Made by a program: the position numbers and the translations under genes. Below are positions 25,130 through 38,288 of a stretch of DNA of 64,000 nucleotides, piece by piece (the stretch's first letter is position 1; each line of letters starts with the position of its first letter). This stretch comes from Eledone cirrhosa. Taxonomy: Eukaryota. The notes beneath the pieces were generated by a model. The model was not told the origin of the DNA. It searched no databases and saw nothing but the letters and a program-made list of their open reading frames with translations. Location of the stretch: assembly GCA_964016885.1 (NCBI GenBank), contig OZ024752.1:16926001-16990000 (forward strand). Reading direction: 5' to 3'.

Positions 25130-26558
25130 ATAATATATACGCCTATAACAAATACAAGCAAATATACGTACGAGAAAGTATACGTACCTTTACAAATCAA
25201 TCGGGTAAGGTATACTTACCTATACAAATAAGTAATGGTATAAACATAAAATATACTTAGCTACCACACCAAGACGTACATTATCCGCGTATTGTTCGTA
25301 CTATCCGTTAGGGTATAATGTGGGGCTGTAATACAAGAAAGATTTATGCAATTTATGTTTACAAGTCGAAATTGCCTCAGATTTTTTATTTAAGATGTGG
25401 TCTTTGGCGTAGAGTATTTCCAGGGCCTCAGCGGCGCAGAGGTCACATGGTCTTTTATTTCCGTTATACGATCTAGCTTTAGCTAGGATCTCCCAATGTA
25501 ACCTGGGGTACTATTAGATTTTTTAATCCAAATAGAATCGTCGAAATTAATCACCGAATTACGGGCATTGAGGGTGACATCAACTTCGAAATCCTTAACC
25601 ACCGTGAGCGTTTTAACGAAATTGATAGCTCTAAGAAGTGGTAAAGTGATGGAGGAGTAGTAATTATTGATGTCGAATTGGATAAAACGGCAATGTTCCT
25701 TGTTGCATATGCCATCGAACCAATCAATCACCGCGAAAGAATTGTTCCACAGTGAAAGAGAGGCCAAGCTTCTAATTTCAGGTATAATTCTATCTCAAAT
25801 CCTTTTACTAAATCGTATGTCGTAGGGTTATCGGACTTCGTAGGGTTAATAAACCGAATAGAAGGGCTGTTGGCGAAATTGTGTTTGTGATCCTTCAGGG
25901 TAAAGTGGGGAGAAAATGGGTCCAGAGGTTCAGTTCGGTCCTGGATGTTGAGTTCAGAGGTGATTTTAAACCCAGCATCGTTGATGTGATTAATGACACT
26001 CCGATTAGTTTTCCGGTAATCCTTAGTTACAGCATTATGTAACAGTTGATGGTAAGTACTGCGCTCCACTTGATATAGATTGTCAGTTTTGTCGGAGTAG
26101 ATGTGCACGGCATTAGAATCCTTAATAGAACGAAATCTATTCTTCAGGTCCTGCTGGAAGAAATTGCTCCTATTCCGAAATTTGATGCTCCGTATCAGTT
26201 CCAATACATCAATTTCGAAGGGTAGCAATGGTGGGTTACTCGGAGGGTTATTGTAGGTTTTAAGCCCAAATTTAACCTGTTTATTGTCCGCTTTTTCCTG
26301 ATTATCGAAATAAAAGAAACGCCAACGCAACCTTTTAAGGAACGAGTCCGTTTTCTGAATCAGGAGTTTTAGGTATGTCTTCCAGCTTGGTACGGGTATG
26401 TTCTTTGTAGAAATATTCAGATGTTGTTTCTGCATGATAAATATAAATCAATAGAGGGCTCAACCGAGGGAGCCAAATAGTAATAATAATAAATTTGAAG
26501 ACTAAAATCCAAAGAGGCCTCGATAAGGATAAATATATATCAAATATATAAGAACCCT
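25130..26558 (-). mobile_element. Internally deleted PLE of family B; retains the 5' end and ORF start (ATG at 26435)
   Basis: STKNIPVP, LRWR and LKDHK N-terminus joined directly to the GIY-YIG C-terminus at ~25500; 26480-26558 matches the pLTR end 20901-20977. Confidence 0.88.
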
Positions 26559-26663
26559 AATATATATATATACGTGTGTGTGTATGTGTGTGTGGTTGTG
26601 TATGTGGTTGTGTATGTGGTTGTATGTATATACATATATGTATGTGTTAAAAAAACTTTAAAC

Positions 26664-29600
26664 TTTTCTTTGTGGTGTTTACACGTGTGCACGGGGACAG
26701 GAAATACCTGGGTTCGCGTCCAGACGCGCAGATATCCTGCTGGGAGTGAGATACCCCCTTAGCTGTTGTCACAACACTTCTCTAGGAGAGGGAAACTCCG
26801 AATAAACACCTGTGGTGTTGAGGGCACTCGAAGATGTTGACCAGTTCTTCTTTTCGGTACATGCTCTCTATGTTCAGAGGGAGATTAGTTCTGTGCAAGG
26901 CTTTTCTTCACTTAAAAAAAATTTCAAGCACAGGCATCTGATCGATTTGGACAAATTATTTGTTGCATTGTGGCTGGCCGTAGCCAAAAAAGGCAAAAAA
27001 TATTCAATGATGAACCATGATAATGGACGAATTAATGGCAATGGGGGCTCTGAAACGGATGGTGAAAGGGTCTGGCCCGGCAGGTGTCCTATGAATATCG
27101 GTGTCTTCAGAATCACGACCAGAAAGATCAGCTCTTGTTGCCAAAGAGCTGGGACGATACAATATTGATATTGTTGCCTTACCTGAAACAAGGCTACTCG
27201 AAGAGGGTCAAATCACTGAGATGTCCAGTGGCTATACGTTTTACTGGAGTGGCAGAGCAGCAGGATGCAAAAGGGAGGCAGATGTGGCTTTTGCAGTGAA
27301 AACGTCTTTGGTGTAGACACTTGACCAGTTTCCAAGTGGCATCAGTGATCGTCTCATGTCAATGATAATTCCTCTGATGTACAATCGCTACCTTACCATT
27401 GTCACTGTATATGCCCCGATGATGAACTCCAATGAAGACGAGAAACTCACCTTTTACAGGTCTTTGAAGGAACTTGTCAAAAAGATTCTTTCAGCAGACA
27501 AAATTGTCGTAGTTGGTGATTTCAACGCACGTGTTGGCCGGGATTATGAGACTTGGGATGTGATCGGCAGACATGACATAGGGAAATGTAACAGCAATGC
27601 TCTCCCCTGCTACATATGTGTGTGGAGTTAGATTTGTTCATTTCAAGCACGATGTTCCAGCAAAAGGATAAGTTCAAGACATGGATGCACCCTGGGTCGA
27701 AGGTGTGGCATATGATCAACTATGTTCTTGTGAAGAAACGTGACGTGCAGGATATCAAGCATGTGTGTGTTCTGCGTGATGCAGAGTGCTGGACAGACCA
27801 TCGTCTGGTGCGCGCCAAGGCAAATTTATGATCAAACCTCAAACAAGAGCAAATAGAGTCAAAATTACAAATATAGATCGTATGAAAGATAAGGGTGTCA
27901 AGGAAGAGCTGCGTCGCAGGATTAAAAGCATTGATTGTGCGAACAACTGGAATGACTTAGGAGCTCGGTCTATGAGGCTTCAGCAGAGGTCTTTGGCTTT
28001 GTCGCAAGAAAACACAAGGGATGGTTTGATGAGAATGACCGGGAGGTCAAGGCTCTGCTGGACAGAAAACAAAAGGCACTTGATGCGGTTCTTAAATCGG
28101 GTAGCTCTGTTGATGACAATTATGAATGTTACAGACAGGTAAAGAAAGAGGTGCAGGTGAAACTCAGGGCCATGCAAAATACCTGGTGGAGCAACAAAGC
28201 AGATAAGGTTCAAGCGGCATCTGATGGCAACAATGTGAGACTGCTGCACTCTCTACTCAGAGAGGTGTATGGTCCTTTCAGCACACCAGTGTCACCTTTG
28301 AGATCAAAAGATGGCAAGCAGTTACTGCGCGATCTAAAAGAAACACTCGACAGATGGAGATATCACTGTAATGAACTCTTAAACCAGCCATCCCAGGTTG
28401 ATGATGATTTCATTTGCTCCACTCCTATTGAACCAGTGAAGCATGAGTTGGCTGATGTATCTTCTCTTGCAGAGGTGATTTCTGTTGTGCATAAGCTGAA
28501 CTGTGGTAAATCTCCTGGTATGAATTGTCTGAGTGCAGAGGTTTTGAAGTGCGGTGGTGAAAACTCCACGCTGCGCCTGACTGACCTCATGAAAAAGGTG
28601 TGGGATGATGAGAATGTCCCACAAGATTGGAAGGATGCACTCATGGTGATTCTCCTTAAAGGAAAGGGTGGGAAGGACAAATGTGGCAATTATCGTGGCA
28701 TATCACTTCTTTCAGTAGTTGGTAAAGTCATGTGTCGAATTTTGATGGATAGATTGATCTCAGGGGTTGCTCTGAATATGTTGCCTGAGTCGCAGTGTGG
28801 GTTCGGAAACGAAAGAGGAACAGTGGATATGATCTTTTCTGCTCGGCAGAAAAGTGTATCGAACAATGTATGGACCTTTACCAGGTCTTTGTTGACTTGA
28901 CAAAGGCTTTTGGCACCGTCAATCGAACTGCACTGGGGAAAATTTTAGAAAAGCTTGGCTGCCCTCCAAAGATTGTGAAGATTCTGCGTCTTTATCTTGA
29001 TGACACGAAGGCTTGGGTCAGTATTGGTGGTAACATCTCTGAACCAATATCAGTTGAAAATGGAATGAAGCAGGAGAACATTCCGACTCCAACTCTGTTT
29101 TCCTTATATTTTATGTTAGTGTTTCTCATGGCATTCAGGAAGAATTGTTTGCATGGGGTTTACATCGGGTATCGCACTTCAGGAAGATTATTCAACACCA
29201 GGCGCTTTGGTGCAAGCACAAAGGTATTAACATCTATAATCTGAGAATTTTTGTATGCAGACGACTGCGATCTTTTTGCACACTCACAAAGTGACATGAA
29301 GCATATTAGGACCTCTTTTTCTGAAGTTTGCAGCGCTTTGGGCCTCACAATAAGCTTGGAAAAGACTGTTGTGATGTATCAGCCAGCATCTGGGAAAGAA
29401 TACACTACACCAAGTGTGTACGTGTACGGAAAGAGGCTAAAAGTTGCTGACAAGTTTGTGTAACTTGGTAGTACGCTGAACACCTCATGCACACTGGATT
29501 ATGAAATATCCTTAAGGATGAAGAAAGCCAGTGATGCTTTTGGACGGCTGCATGAACGTTTATGGTCCCGACGAGGTATCACTATCGAAACCAAGTTGAA

Positions 29601-30441
29601 AGTGTATCTGACTTGTGTCGTCTCCTCTTTGTTTTATGCTTGTGAAACGTGGGTCACATACAGAAAGCACCTCAAGGAACTGGAAAGATTTGACCAACAA
29701 TCTCTTCGTAAGTTACTTGAGGTGCGATGGAAAATGTTCTTCAGTGATTTGGCAGTTCTCGAACGGAGCAGGTGCGTGACTATAGAGAGCATGATCTTCA
29801 GCATCGGTTGAGGTGGTGTGGACACGTGGTCCGGATATATGATGATCGCATTCTAAAACAACTTCTCTACGGAGAACTGTGCGAAGGAAGGTGGTCACCA
29901 CACAAACCAAAAATGTGGTACTGGGACTGTGTCAGGGGCACCTTGGCTTGTCCTGGAATTTCATCTGACGAATGGGAGAAAATGGCTGAGGAACGAGTGA
30001 AGTGGAGACATTTGATCAAGTCGGGAAGTGAACACTTTGAAACTCGTCGGAGAGAACACCTTACACTGAAAAGGAAGGTAAGGAAAGGAGACTGTTCTGA
30101 ACTGCCTGCTGTTGAACATCATCAGGTTTGCCAGCACTGTGGTCGAGTCTGCCTGAGTAAAACTGGTTTGACTAGACACGAACAAAGTCATATCAGTAGA
30201 CCTTATGTAGATTATGATCTGAAAAGGTGTAAGGAATGTGGCAAGGAGTGTGCTAGCATGGGAGGTCTTAAAATACACATGAGAACACACAGCCAGAACA
30301 AAGCAATGGAAAGTCCCGGAGGAGCTTACAGCTGCCATATATGTGCCACAGGGTGCAAGTCTTTGGCTGGTTTAAAGAGCTACATTCCTGCCTCACATTT
30401 TTGAGCATATTATCAAGCGATGACAACACTCGAACACAGTT
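26664..30441 (+). mobile_element. Decayed near-full-length RTE-clade LINE (APE-RT + C-terminal C2H2 fingers)
   Basis: RPERS..ELGRYNIDIVAL.ETR, GDFNARVG, TWMHP, WTDHRLV, NYRGISLLS, FVDLTKAF, YADD, RLRWCGHV; many stops and frameshifts. Confidence 0.9.
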
Positions 30442-30502
30442 TGCAGCCATCATATGTATGTGTGTATATGTAAATGTATATATGTGTGTGTGTCTGTGTA
30501 TA

Positions 30503-33245
30503 TACCGCCCCCTACCTTCCGACCCCACCCCCACTACCGGCAACAAATTTCCCCCACCATCCAACACCCCGTCTCCCCCTCCCTCCCACCCCATTGTCCA
30601 CACCCCGCACCCCCACCATCTACTTCCTCCCCAAGATCCCAAAACCCGACAACCCCGGACGCCCCATCGTCTCCGCCTGCAACTGCCTCACCGAGTCCAT
30701 CCTCGCTCCCTCGTCACCGCCCTCCCTCCCCACATCTCTGACACCAACCACGCCCTTCGCCTTTTTGACTCCCTCACCTTCCCACCCGACTGACAACCCC
30801 CTTCTCTTCACCTTAAACATTAACTCCCTCTACATAATCATTCCCCACGCCGACGGCCCACGCGCCCTCCGGCACTACCTCGACCTTCGCCCTTCCCCCT
30901 CCCCTGGACGCCCACCCTTCTCCGCCTCACCAAGCTGGTCCTCACCCTTAACTGCTTCTTCTTCTCGGGTGAATTTTACCAGCAGGTCACTGGGGTAGCC
31001 ATGGGCACAAGAATGGGGCCCAACTATGCCAACCTTTTCGTCGGCTATATTGAGGCCCAAATCTTTGCCCGAACTGTACGGTCGTTATATTGACGACTGC
31101 ATCGGAGCCACGACCCTCACCCGAGAACAGCTCGACTCTTTTCTCTCCTTCTTCTTCTCATTCCATCCCTCCCTCCATTTCACCACCTCTATCTCCACCA
31201 CCCACAGCCATTTCACTCTGAGGGGTTACCCCCTCCCTCGTTCACGCCGCCCTCTTCCACGCCCGCGCAGTCCGCCGATCCACCACCCTCACCCCACGTC
31301 CCCGGCCCCCATCCACCGTCTCTCCTTCCCACTCACCTACCATCCCGCCACCCTACCCCTCCAATGAACCATCCTCCGCCTTTTCCGACGCCTCCAGTCC
31401 GACCCCCCCCATCTTCCAACTCCCACCCCTCCTTCCTTCAAACGCGCGCGCAACCTCCGCCACTTCATCGTCCGCAGCTCCCTACGCCCTACTCCCACCC
31501 CCTTCCCCGCTCCAGACCCCGCTGCCACACCTGCCCCCACATTACCAACACCACCACCTTCCAGGGTCCCAACGGTCACTCTCTCTCTCTGTCCGGCATG
31601 CCTTCCGCTGCACCTCCTCCAACCTCGTCTACGGACTCTGCTGCACGGAGTGCAGTGTGACCTATATCGGACAGACCGGACGTCGCCTGGCGGATCGGTT
31701 CAGGGAGCACCTCCGAGACAGGGAGTTCCCTCATCGCCCGCCATTTTGGCTCCGCAACCTAACCGTCTGCGGTCTCATTGAGTGCCATGGGACCCCCGAC
31801 GCCCGACTTAGGGCCGAACAACGCACCATCTTCACATTACATCCCCCCCCCCCGACCTGAATTCCCCACCCCTCTTCCTTTAGCCTTCGACTGTCGCCTC
31901 CCCCCTCCCCCATACTAACACCACTAAAACACTCCCGAAGTTAACAGTCCCCTCTACTTCCAGCCACCCCACATAATATTACTAATATTACTATTATTAC
32001 TAACAACTCCGCCCTTACCACACACACGCCCACACCCTCAACACGCACACACACCAGTATATACACTCACTCATACTAATAATACTACCCCCCCCCCCCC
32101 CCCCCAAACCCCCGCCCCACACAATGCACACACGCACACACACCAGCATATATTTACCCGCCCACATCTATGTGTACACACCCATACACAACCCACTCCA
32201 CACCCGCACTACCACTACTTTCCCCCCCCCGCACCACACACCCATATCCGACCACCTCACCTCTAATAATACTAACACCCACCCTATCACACACACACCA
32301 ATATATACACACTCATTCACACGTACCCACCACCTTCTCCCCCCCATACTATCAACACACCACTTCCACACACATCCTACTAACACCTTCACTAATAAAC
32401 ACACAACCCCCAACACACACACACACCACCACCACCACCCTCTCCTTCAACTTTTCACTGTGAACCACCTCCCCCCCCCCACACACACATACAGGCCACA
32501 CCTGCTAACTACCACTCGCCTGACTGCTATCTCCCCTCCCACTCGTCCTGTTGTGCGTCAACTTTCTACTTCCTCCTGATCACATACTTGGATATCTACG
32601 AAAATTACTACCCGGACCCTCGCCATCCTTCTACACACACACCGGAAAACCATTCAGGTACACACACACAAACACTTACACCATTTTCGCACACACGCAA
32701 CCATACACTCCTACGCATCCACACCACACATAAACACACACACACACACACTTGTGTATCTTCACATACACACACTCCACCTCCAGATTCCGCATGCTCT
32801 CTCCCCCACCCCATCCGACCCCTATCCACACGCACACGCATGCACACACACCTACACTCCACCCCAACGTACACAATAGTTTTCCAAAACCCAAGCATGC
32901 AACTCCGCTCTCCCTCAGACTCCCACACTTACATCCACGCACACACACACACGTACACCTACACCCCCCCACCTTCCGCTCTCCTCGCTCGTACCCCTTT
33001 TTTCCTTCTCCCCCCTCCATTCACCCACTATCTCTACACGCCTCACATCTTTTCACCACTTGTTTTTAACTTTTATTTTCCAGCTCATTTTTATTTTTTT
33101 CCACTTCCTCCTTCTCATTCTCCTTCCCACCCCTCTCATGATGAAGGCTTTATGCCCGAAACGTCGCATCCACAATCCCCCACTCTCAATAAGCGTGAAC
33201 CTAATATCTTTCGTAACTTTTACTCCTGTGTCGTTGTTTTTTACT
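30503..33245 (+). mobile_element. Degenerate C-rich PLE (Neptune-like): RT/GIY-YIG remnants 30503-31860, CA-rich 3' region and decayed HHR
   Basis: YFLPKIPKPDNPGRPIVS, GVAMGT.MGP.YA, RYIDD, YIGQTGRRLADRFREH; atgatgaagg..cccgaaacgtc at 33138-33165. Confidence 0.8.
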
Positions 33246-33358
33246 TTCCCACATATATATATATTGTTATGAGGACTTCGTATAAGATAAGTGTTTACAT
33301 TTATGTCTCCAAGCGTTTTCGGTTGTATATATATACATATATATATATGAGATTTGTA

Positions 33359-34774
33359 TCTATAATATAAACTGACGGCCGTATGTATGTAACAAACTTT
33401 TCGCCAAACGGCTGGACCAAACAGCACCAAATTTGCACCATAGATGTAACTTTTTCCAAGTAAATATAGTGAGGATATTTTTGTCTACTGAATTTTGTTA
33501 AAAGATTAAAGACATTATTTAAATATTCACTTCTTTAAAATTGTAAGTGTCAACACTTCCGGTTATACGACATTCCTCACTTTTTCTTATGACGTCGCAC
33601 ATCATTCCCCTCTTTTTCTTAAGCTGTCTTTTTAGATAGATACATAGCTATAACGTAGCGCCCTTATAATATGTCTCTCTATGTCTGGCTGTCTGCATTA
33701 GATAACATTTTTCGAAATATTTACTTCTGCGTTCACAGATCGATTTTTTTAGTTTCAGAAGATCCCGTTAAGGGTGAAAGCCTTTGCTTAAACTTTAATC
33801 TGTTATTTTAATATATATATTCGTGTACAGATATTTTTACATACACAAAAACAAAAACCTATTTATTTCATGAAAGCACAGACGGCTTATCGTCATTGTT
33901 ACTGTTCGAGGTTAGAGGACCACAGTCTTTCCAAGATCTGAGAACTATCAATGGCCATCAATGTTCCACTTACCGTTTGGCTTGCCAGATGCGTGGTATG
34001 TTACATGATGACAGCCAGTGGCATCTCACCCTGCAAGAAGCAGCAACTGTTAAAATCGCTTCTCAGGTGCGAAAACGTTTTGTTATTATGCTGCATAACT
34101 GCGATCTCGCCGACCCTCTCGCACTGTGGAACAACCACCGCGAAAGTCTAGCTGAGGGCATCCTCCACCGCACACACAGACACTATCCGAACGTAACATA
34201 CGATGTCGTTTTCAATGAGGCGCTCATTTGTCTTGAAAACAGTGTCTTCGAGATTGGTGGTAGGCCTCTAAGACACTACAGCTTACCTGATCCTGACAGG
34301 AGTGTCCAGAGGTCAACGTCTACAGAGCTTCTCCGCGAGACGAGCTACGAATCAGTGCTTCTCCCATGTAGGATGCTTTAGGGTGAGCTCTCCAAACAAT
34401 CTTTTCCTCTTTGCTCCGGAGGGCCGAACAAAATATATTGTATACTCTGAGGCACTAACAATGTAATTTAAATATTTTATGTGTTACTTGGAATTTCCAT
34501 TATGGTTGTACAAATTATTGTTTGTTAAAAAATGTGTTCTCTGTTCAGCCTTTATTGTTGTAACTATCAATTTTCTTTAACGTACTGGCTGCTGAACTGG
34601 GGAATCCTAAAAACTATTCAAACCCAACATCAGAGCACGTTAACCCCCCCTCCCCCCTGACCTCGCAGACTTGAGAGACCGTGCAATATCTTTGCACTGG
34701 GGTGGAGGGCGGATTCTGAAAAGATAAAATGCCGGTATACCTAGCCGGGCGGGCCAGCAGGAGGGGCCAGCTAG
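33359..34774 (+). mobile_element. Helitron derivative with Rep/Hel fragment (33880-34360)
   Basis: 5' A|TCTATAATATAA; LL.EVRGPQSFQDLRTING...ACQMRGML.DD..W; GC-rich segment ending CTAG|T at ~34771 (3' end tentative). Confidence 0.7.
33751..33794 (+). ncRNA. Hammerhead of the PLE B family in a short pLTR-end insertion, shortened stem III
   Basis: AGTTT-CAGAAGA-TCCCGTTAAGGGT-GAAA-GC.CTTT.GC-TT-AAACT. Confidence 0.65.
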
Positions 34775-34959
34775 TGTATGAGATTTGTATGTGATAAAAC
34801 TGTGTTGAATGTGTTTGTTGAATGTGTTTGCATATAAATATGTATGTATACGCCATTTCTGTTCTCACCTCACACCCACCCGCCCCACCACCACCACATT
34901 CGGTATACATGCCTGACGCTGTATGCTAACCACTCCCTCGTGAATATATCATAGAACAG

Positions 34960-37900
34960 ACAAGGGACGGACGGAGGCTCCGTAAGCCGCAATGTAGGTA
35001 ACTCGTCTAGGAGAGCTACCACTCCGAATAGATTGGTGCGGGGTAGAGAAGTCCCCTAATTCCAGTAAGACAACTTCACTAGTGCTGGTGGCACGAATAA
35101 AAGCACCCAGTCCATGCTGTAAAATGGAGGGGTGAATGGGGCCCCTGAGTCCAGTAAGACAACCTCTCTAGTGCTGGTGGCATCTAGTCCATGCTGTAAA
35201 ATGGAGGGGTAGAGAGGGCCCTGAGTCCAGTAAGACAACCTCTCTAGTGCTGGTGGCACGAATAAAAGCACCCAGTCCATGCTGTAAAGTGGTGCTGGTG
35301 TTAGGAAGGGCATCCAACCAGTATATATATACTACTGCCAAAAACTATGAGCGCAACAAATGAGAATTGCAACAACTGAGTAAACAGCAATAACACTAAC
35401 CATGTTAGGGCTGTGCACGGTAGGGGGTGGGTGGTGCGGCCATGTGCGAGATGCCTCCCCCCCCGACCGTCATCAAGCAATCGCACAACAGGAACAAGAA
35501 CAAGAATATGAGAATTAGAGTTTCCACACTTAATGTTGGCACCCTAACAGGTAGATCTGGTGAGATAGCGGAGATGCTGGAGAGAAAGCATGTGGATGTG
35601 TGCAAGAGGTGCGATGGAGAGGTGCCTCTGCAAGACTAATCGCAGGCAAACATCTTAGTTATAAGCTTTTCTGGGTGGGTAATGATGATGGGTTAGGTGG
35701 GGTAGGCATTTTACTGACTGAGAGATGGATCAATAAGACAATAGAGGTAGTTAGAGTTAGTAATAGAATAATTAAGCTTAGATTAGCTGTAGGCAAGAGA
35801 CTACTTACAATCATCTCTACCTATGCCCCCCAGGCAGGCCTAGGCAAAGAAGAGAAAGACTGCTTTTACGAACAACTTTTACAAACAGCCTCAATGACAG
35901 AGGACGGAGACATCGTTATGCTAGCAGGGGATTTCAATAATCATGTTGGACAGCTCCAGGATGGATACACTGGGGTACATGGTGGGCACAGTTATGGCTC
36001 AAGAAATGAAGGAGTGAGGCTTCTTGAATTTTGTGATGCAAGTGCACTAACCATTTGCAACACTAATCTCAAGAAACCTGCCAACCACCTAATAACCTAC
36101 AAATCAGGCGAGCACACAAGCCAGATTGACTTCTTGCTAGTTAGGCAGCTAGACAGACAGATGGTGTCAAATACTAAAGCATACCCCGGGGAAGAATGTA
36201 CTCCACAGCATAGGTTAGTCGTTAGTGACATCTCAGTAAGCAAGAGACAGAATGAGACATACAGGAAGGTGTGGAAAAGAAAGGTCTGGAACTAAAAGAC
36301 CTTTCACTAAAATATAAATTTAGGAAAGCTCTTCAAGATGTGTACGACGAAAAAGAAGACGATTTAGAGTCATATGACATAGATGATAGCTGGAATTTCT
36401 TACGTGACAACTTACTGCAGGCTACTGAAGAAACTTGTGGCTGGAGCAGAGCTCCAACCAGACAGAGAGTGACCTGGTGGTGGAACAGCACGGTAGATAG
36501 GGCCATTAGAGACAAAAGACTAGCATGGAAAAATAGCTTGGAAAAATAGTGGGAGTAGAGAAGGATACACAGCCGCTAAGAGAGAAGATAGTCGTCAGGT
36601 GTACTTAGCACGCAGAGAGGCTGAGAGTGGGAGGTTTGCCAATGTTCTGCGACGGAAAGATCAGAGACGTGCGGTGTTCCGCATTGCAAGGCAGTGTGTC
36701 AGTGCAAATTAGGATGTTGTTGGAGATAAGTGTGTCCGGAATGATGCCGGTGTACTTAGTGTCACGAATGATAAAAAAAAAGGAGGCCTGGAAATGTCAT
36801 TATGAGAGACTGATGAATGTGGAGAACGAATGGGAGAGAGAAATTACCCCCAGTAGATCCGACAGAGGGACCAGCTATTGAGATTGACGAATATAGGGTC
36901 CAAGAGGCGATTAAGGAAATGAAAAATGGTTAGGCCGCTGGACCGTCGGGGATAGTTGCTGAGATGCTGAAGGCATCAGGGGACGTAGGCACTAAACTGG
37001 TTGCACGCATCATCAATCAGGCTATATATGGCGGTGTCATACCCAAAGACTGGTGCAACAGTATTCTCATAAATAGCTACAAAGGTAAAGGGGATGCTCT
37101 GGAGAGGAGCAATTATAGGGGCATAAAACTGATGGATCAGGTTATGAAAGTGGCAGAAAGGATATTAGCGCAAATAATTAGAGAAAGGGTCAAACTAGAT
37201 GAGATGCAGTTTGGTTTTGTGCCTGGGAAAAGTACAACGGACGCACTCTTCTAAGTGAGACAATTACAAGAGAGGTTCTTAGAGAAAAATAAGCCACTAT
37301 ACTTAGCTTTTGTTGATCTAGAGAAGGCCTTTGATAGGGTACCCCCATCTGTCATCTGGTGGTCCCTAAGGAAACTAGGTGTTGAGGAATGGCTTGTGAG
37401 GACAGTGCAAGCTTTGTACAGAGGTGCTGTCAGTAAAGTGAGGGTAGGAATGGAGTTTAGCGATGAATTTCAGATACAAGTAGGAGTACATCAGGGTTCG
37501 GTCCTCAGCCCGCTCTTGTTCATTATAGTCCTCCAAGCCATAACAGAGGATTTAAGACTGGCTGTCCATGGGAACTTCTCTATGCTGACGATCTGCAGAG
37601 AAAAGTTCTTATAGCAGAATCAGTAGAGGATTTAGAGAAGAAATACTGGCTATGGAAACAGCAGTTGGAATTAAGAGGACTGAGAGTGAACCTAGCTAAG
37701 ACAAAAGTGTTGATAAGTAGAAAACAGGGCAAAACTCTGATTCCGTCAGGGAAATGGCCTTGTTCGATATGCAGAAAAGGAACTGGCATAAATTCTATAA
37801 AATGTATACAATGCAGATCTTGGGCACACAAGAGATGTAGTGAGATAGCAGGCAAACTAACAGGTAGGGAAACATACGTATGTAGTAGATGTACAGGGAA

Positions 37901-38288
37901 ATTTGACAGTAGAAGTCGCATTAATAGACACATTTTTCAAATGCAAGTTGGTTCTATAGAAGTGGTTGATAGCTTCCGGTACCTAGGTGATCAGATTAGC
38001 ATAGGAGGGGGTGTTTCGAGGCCATAGTATCTAGAATAAGGACGGGTTGGAAGAAGTTTAGGGAGCTGCTTCCTCTGCTGACAAATAAGGGTTTCTCCCT
38101 GCGTACGAAAGGACGGTTATAGGATGCCTGTGTGAGATGCGCGATGCTACATGGTAGTGAGACATGGGCAGCAACTGCAGAGAATATGCGACGGCTGGAG
38201 AGAAATGAAGCAAGCAAGCTCCTTTGGGTGTGCAATGTCAATGTACGTGAACGACCGAGCATGGATGAGTTGAGAGAGAAACTGAGAA
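34960..38288 (+). mobile_element. Decayed RTE-clade LINE (APE-RT with a PHD-like finger)
   Basis: TLNVGTLTG, QEVRW, GDFN, QIDF, QHRLV, NYRGIKL, FVDLEKAFDRVP, VGVHQGSVLSP, LLYADDL. Confidence 0.9.
35057..35323 (+). repeat. Three partial tandem copies of a SINE/RTE-UTR-like segment
   Basis: ccagtaagacaac..ctagtgctggtggca repeated three times; ends gttaggaagggcatcca. Confidence 0.65.
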
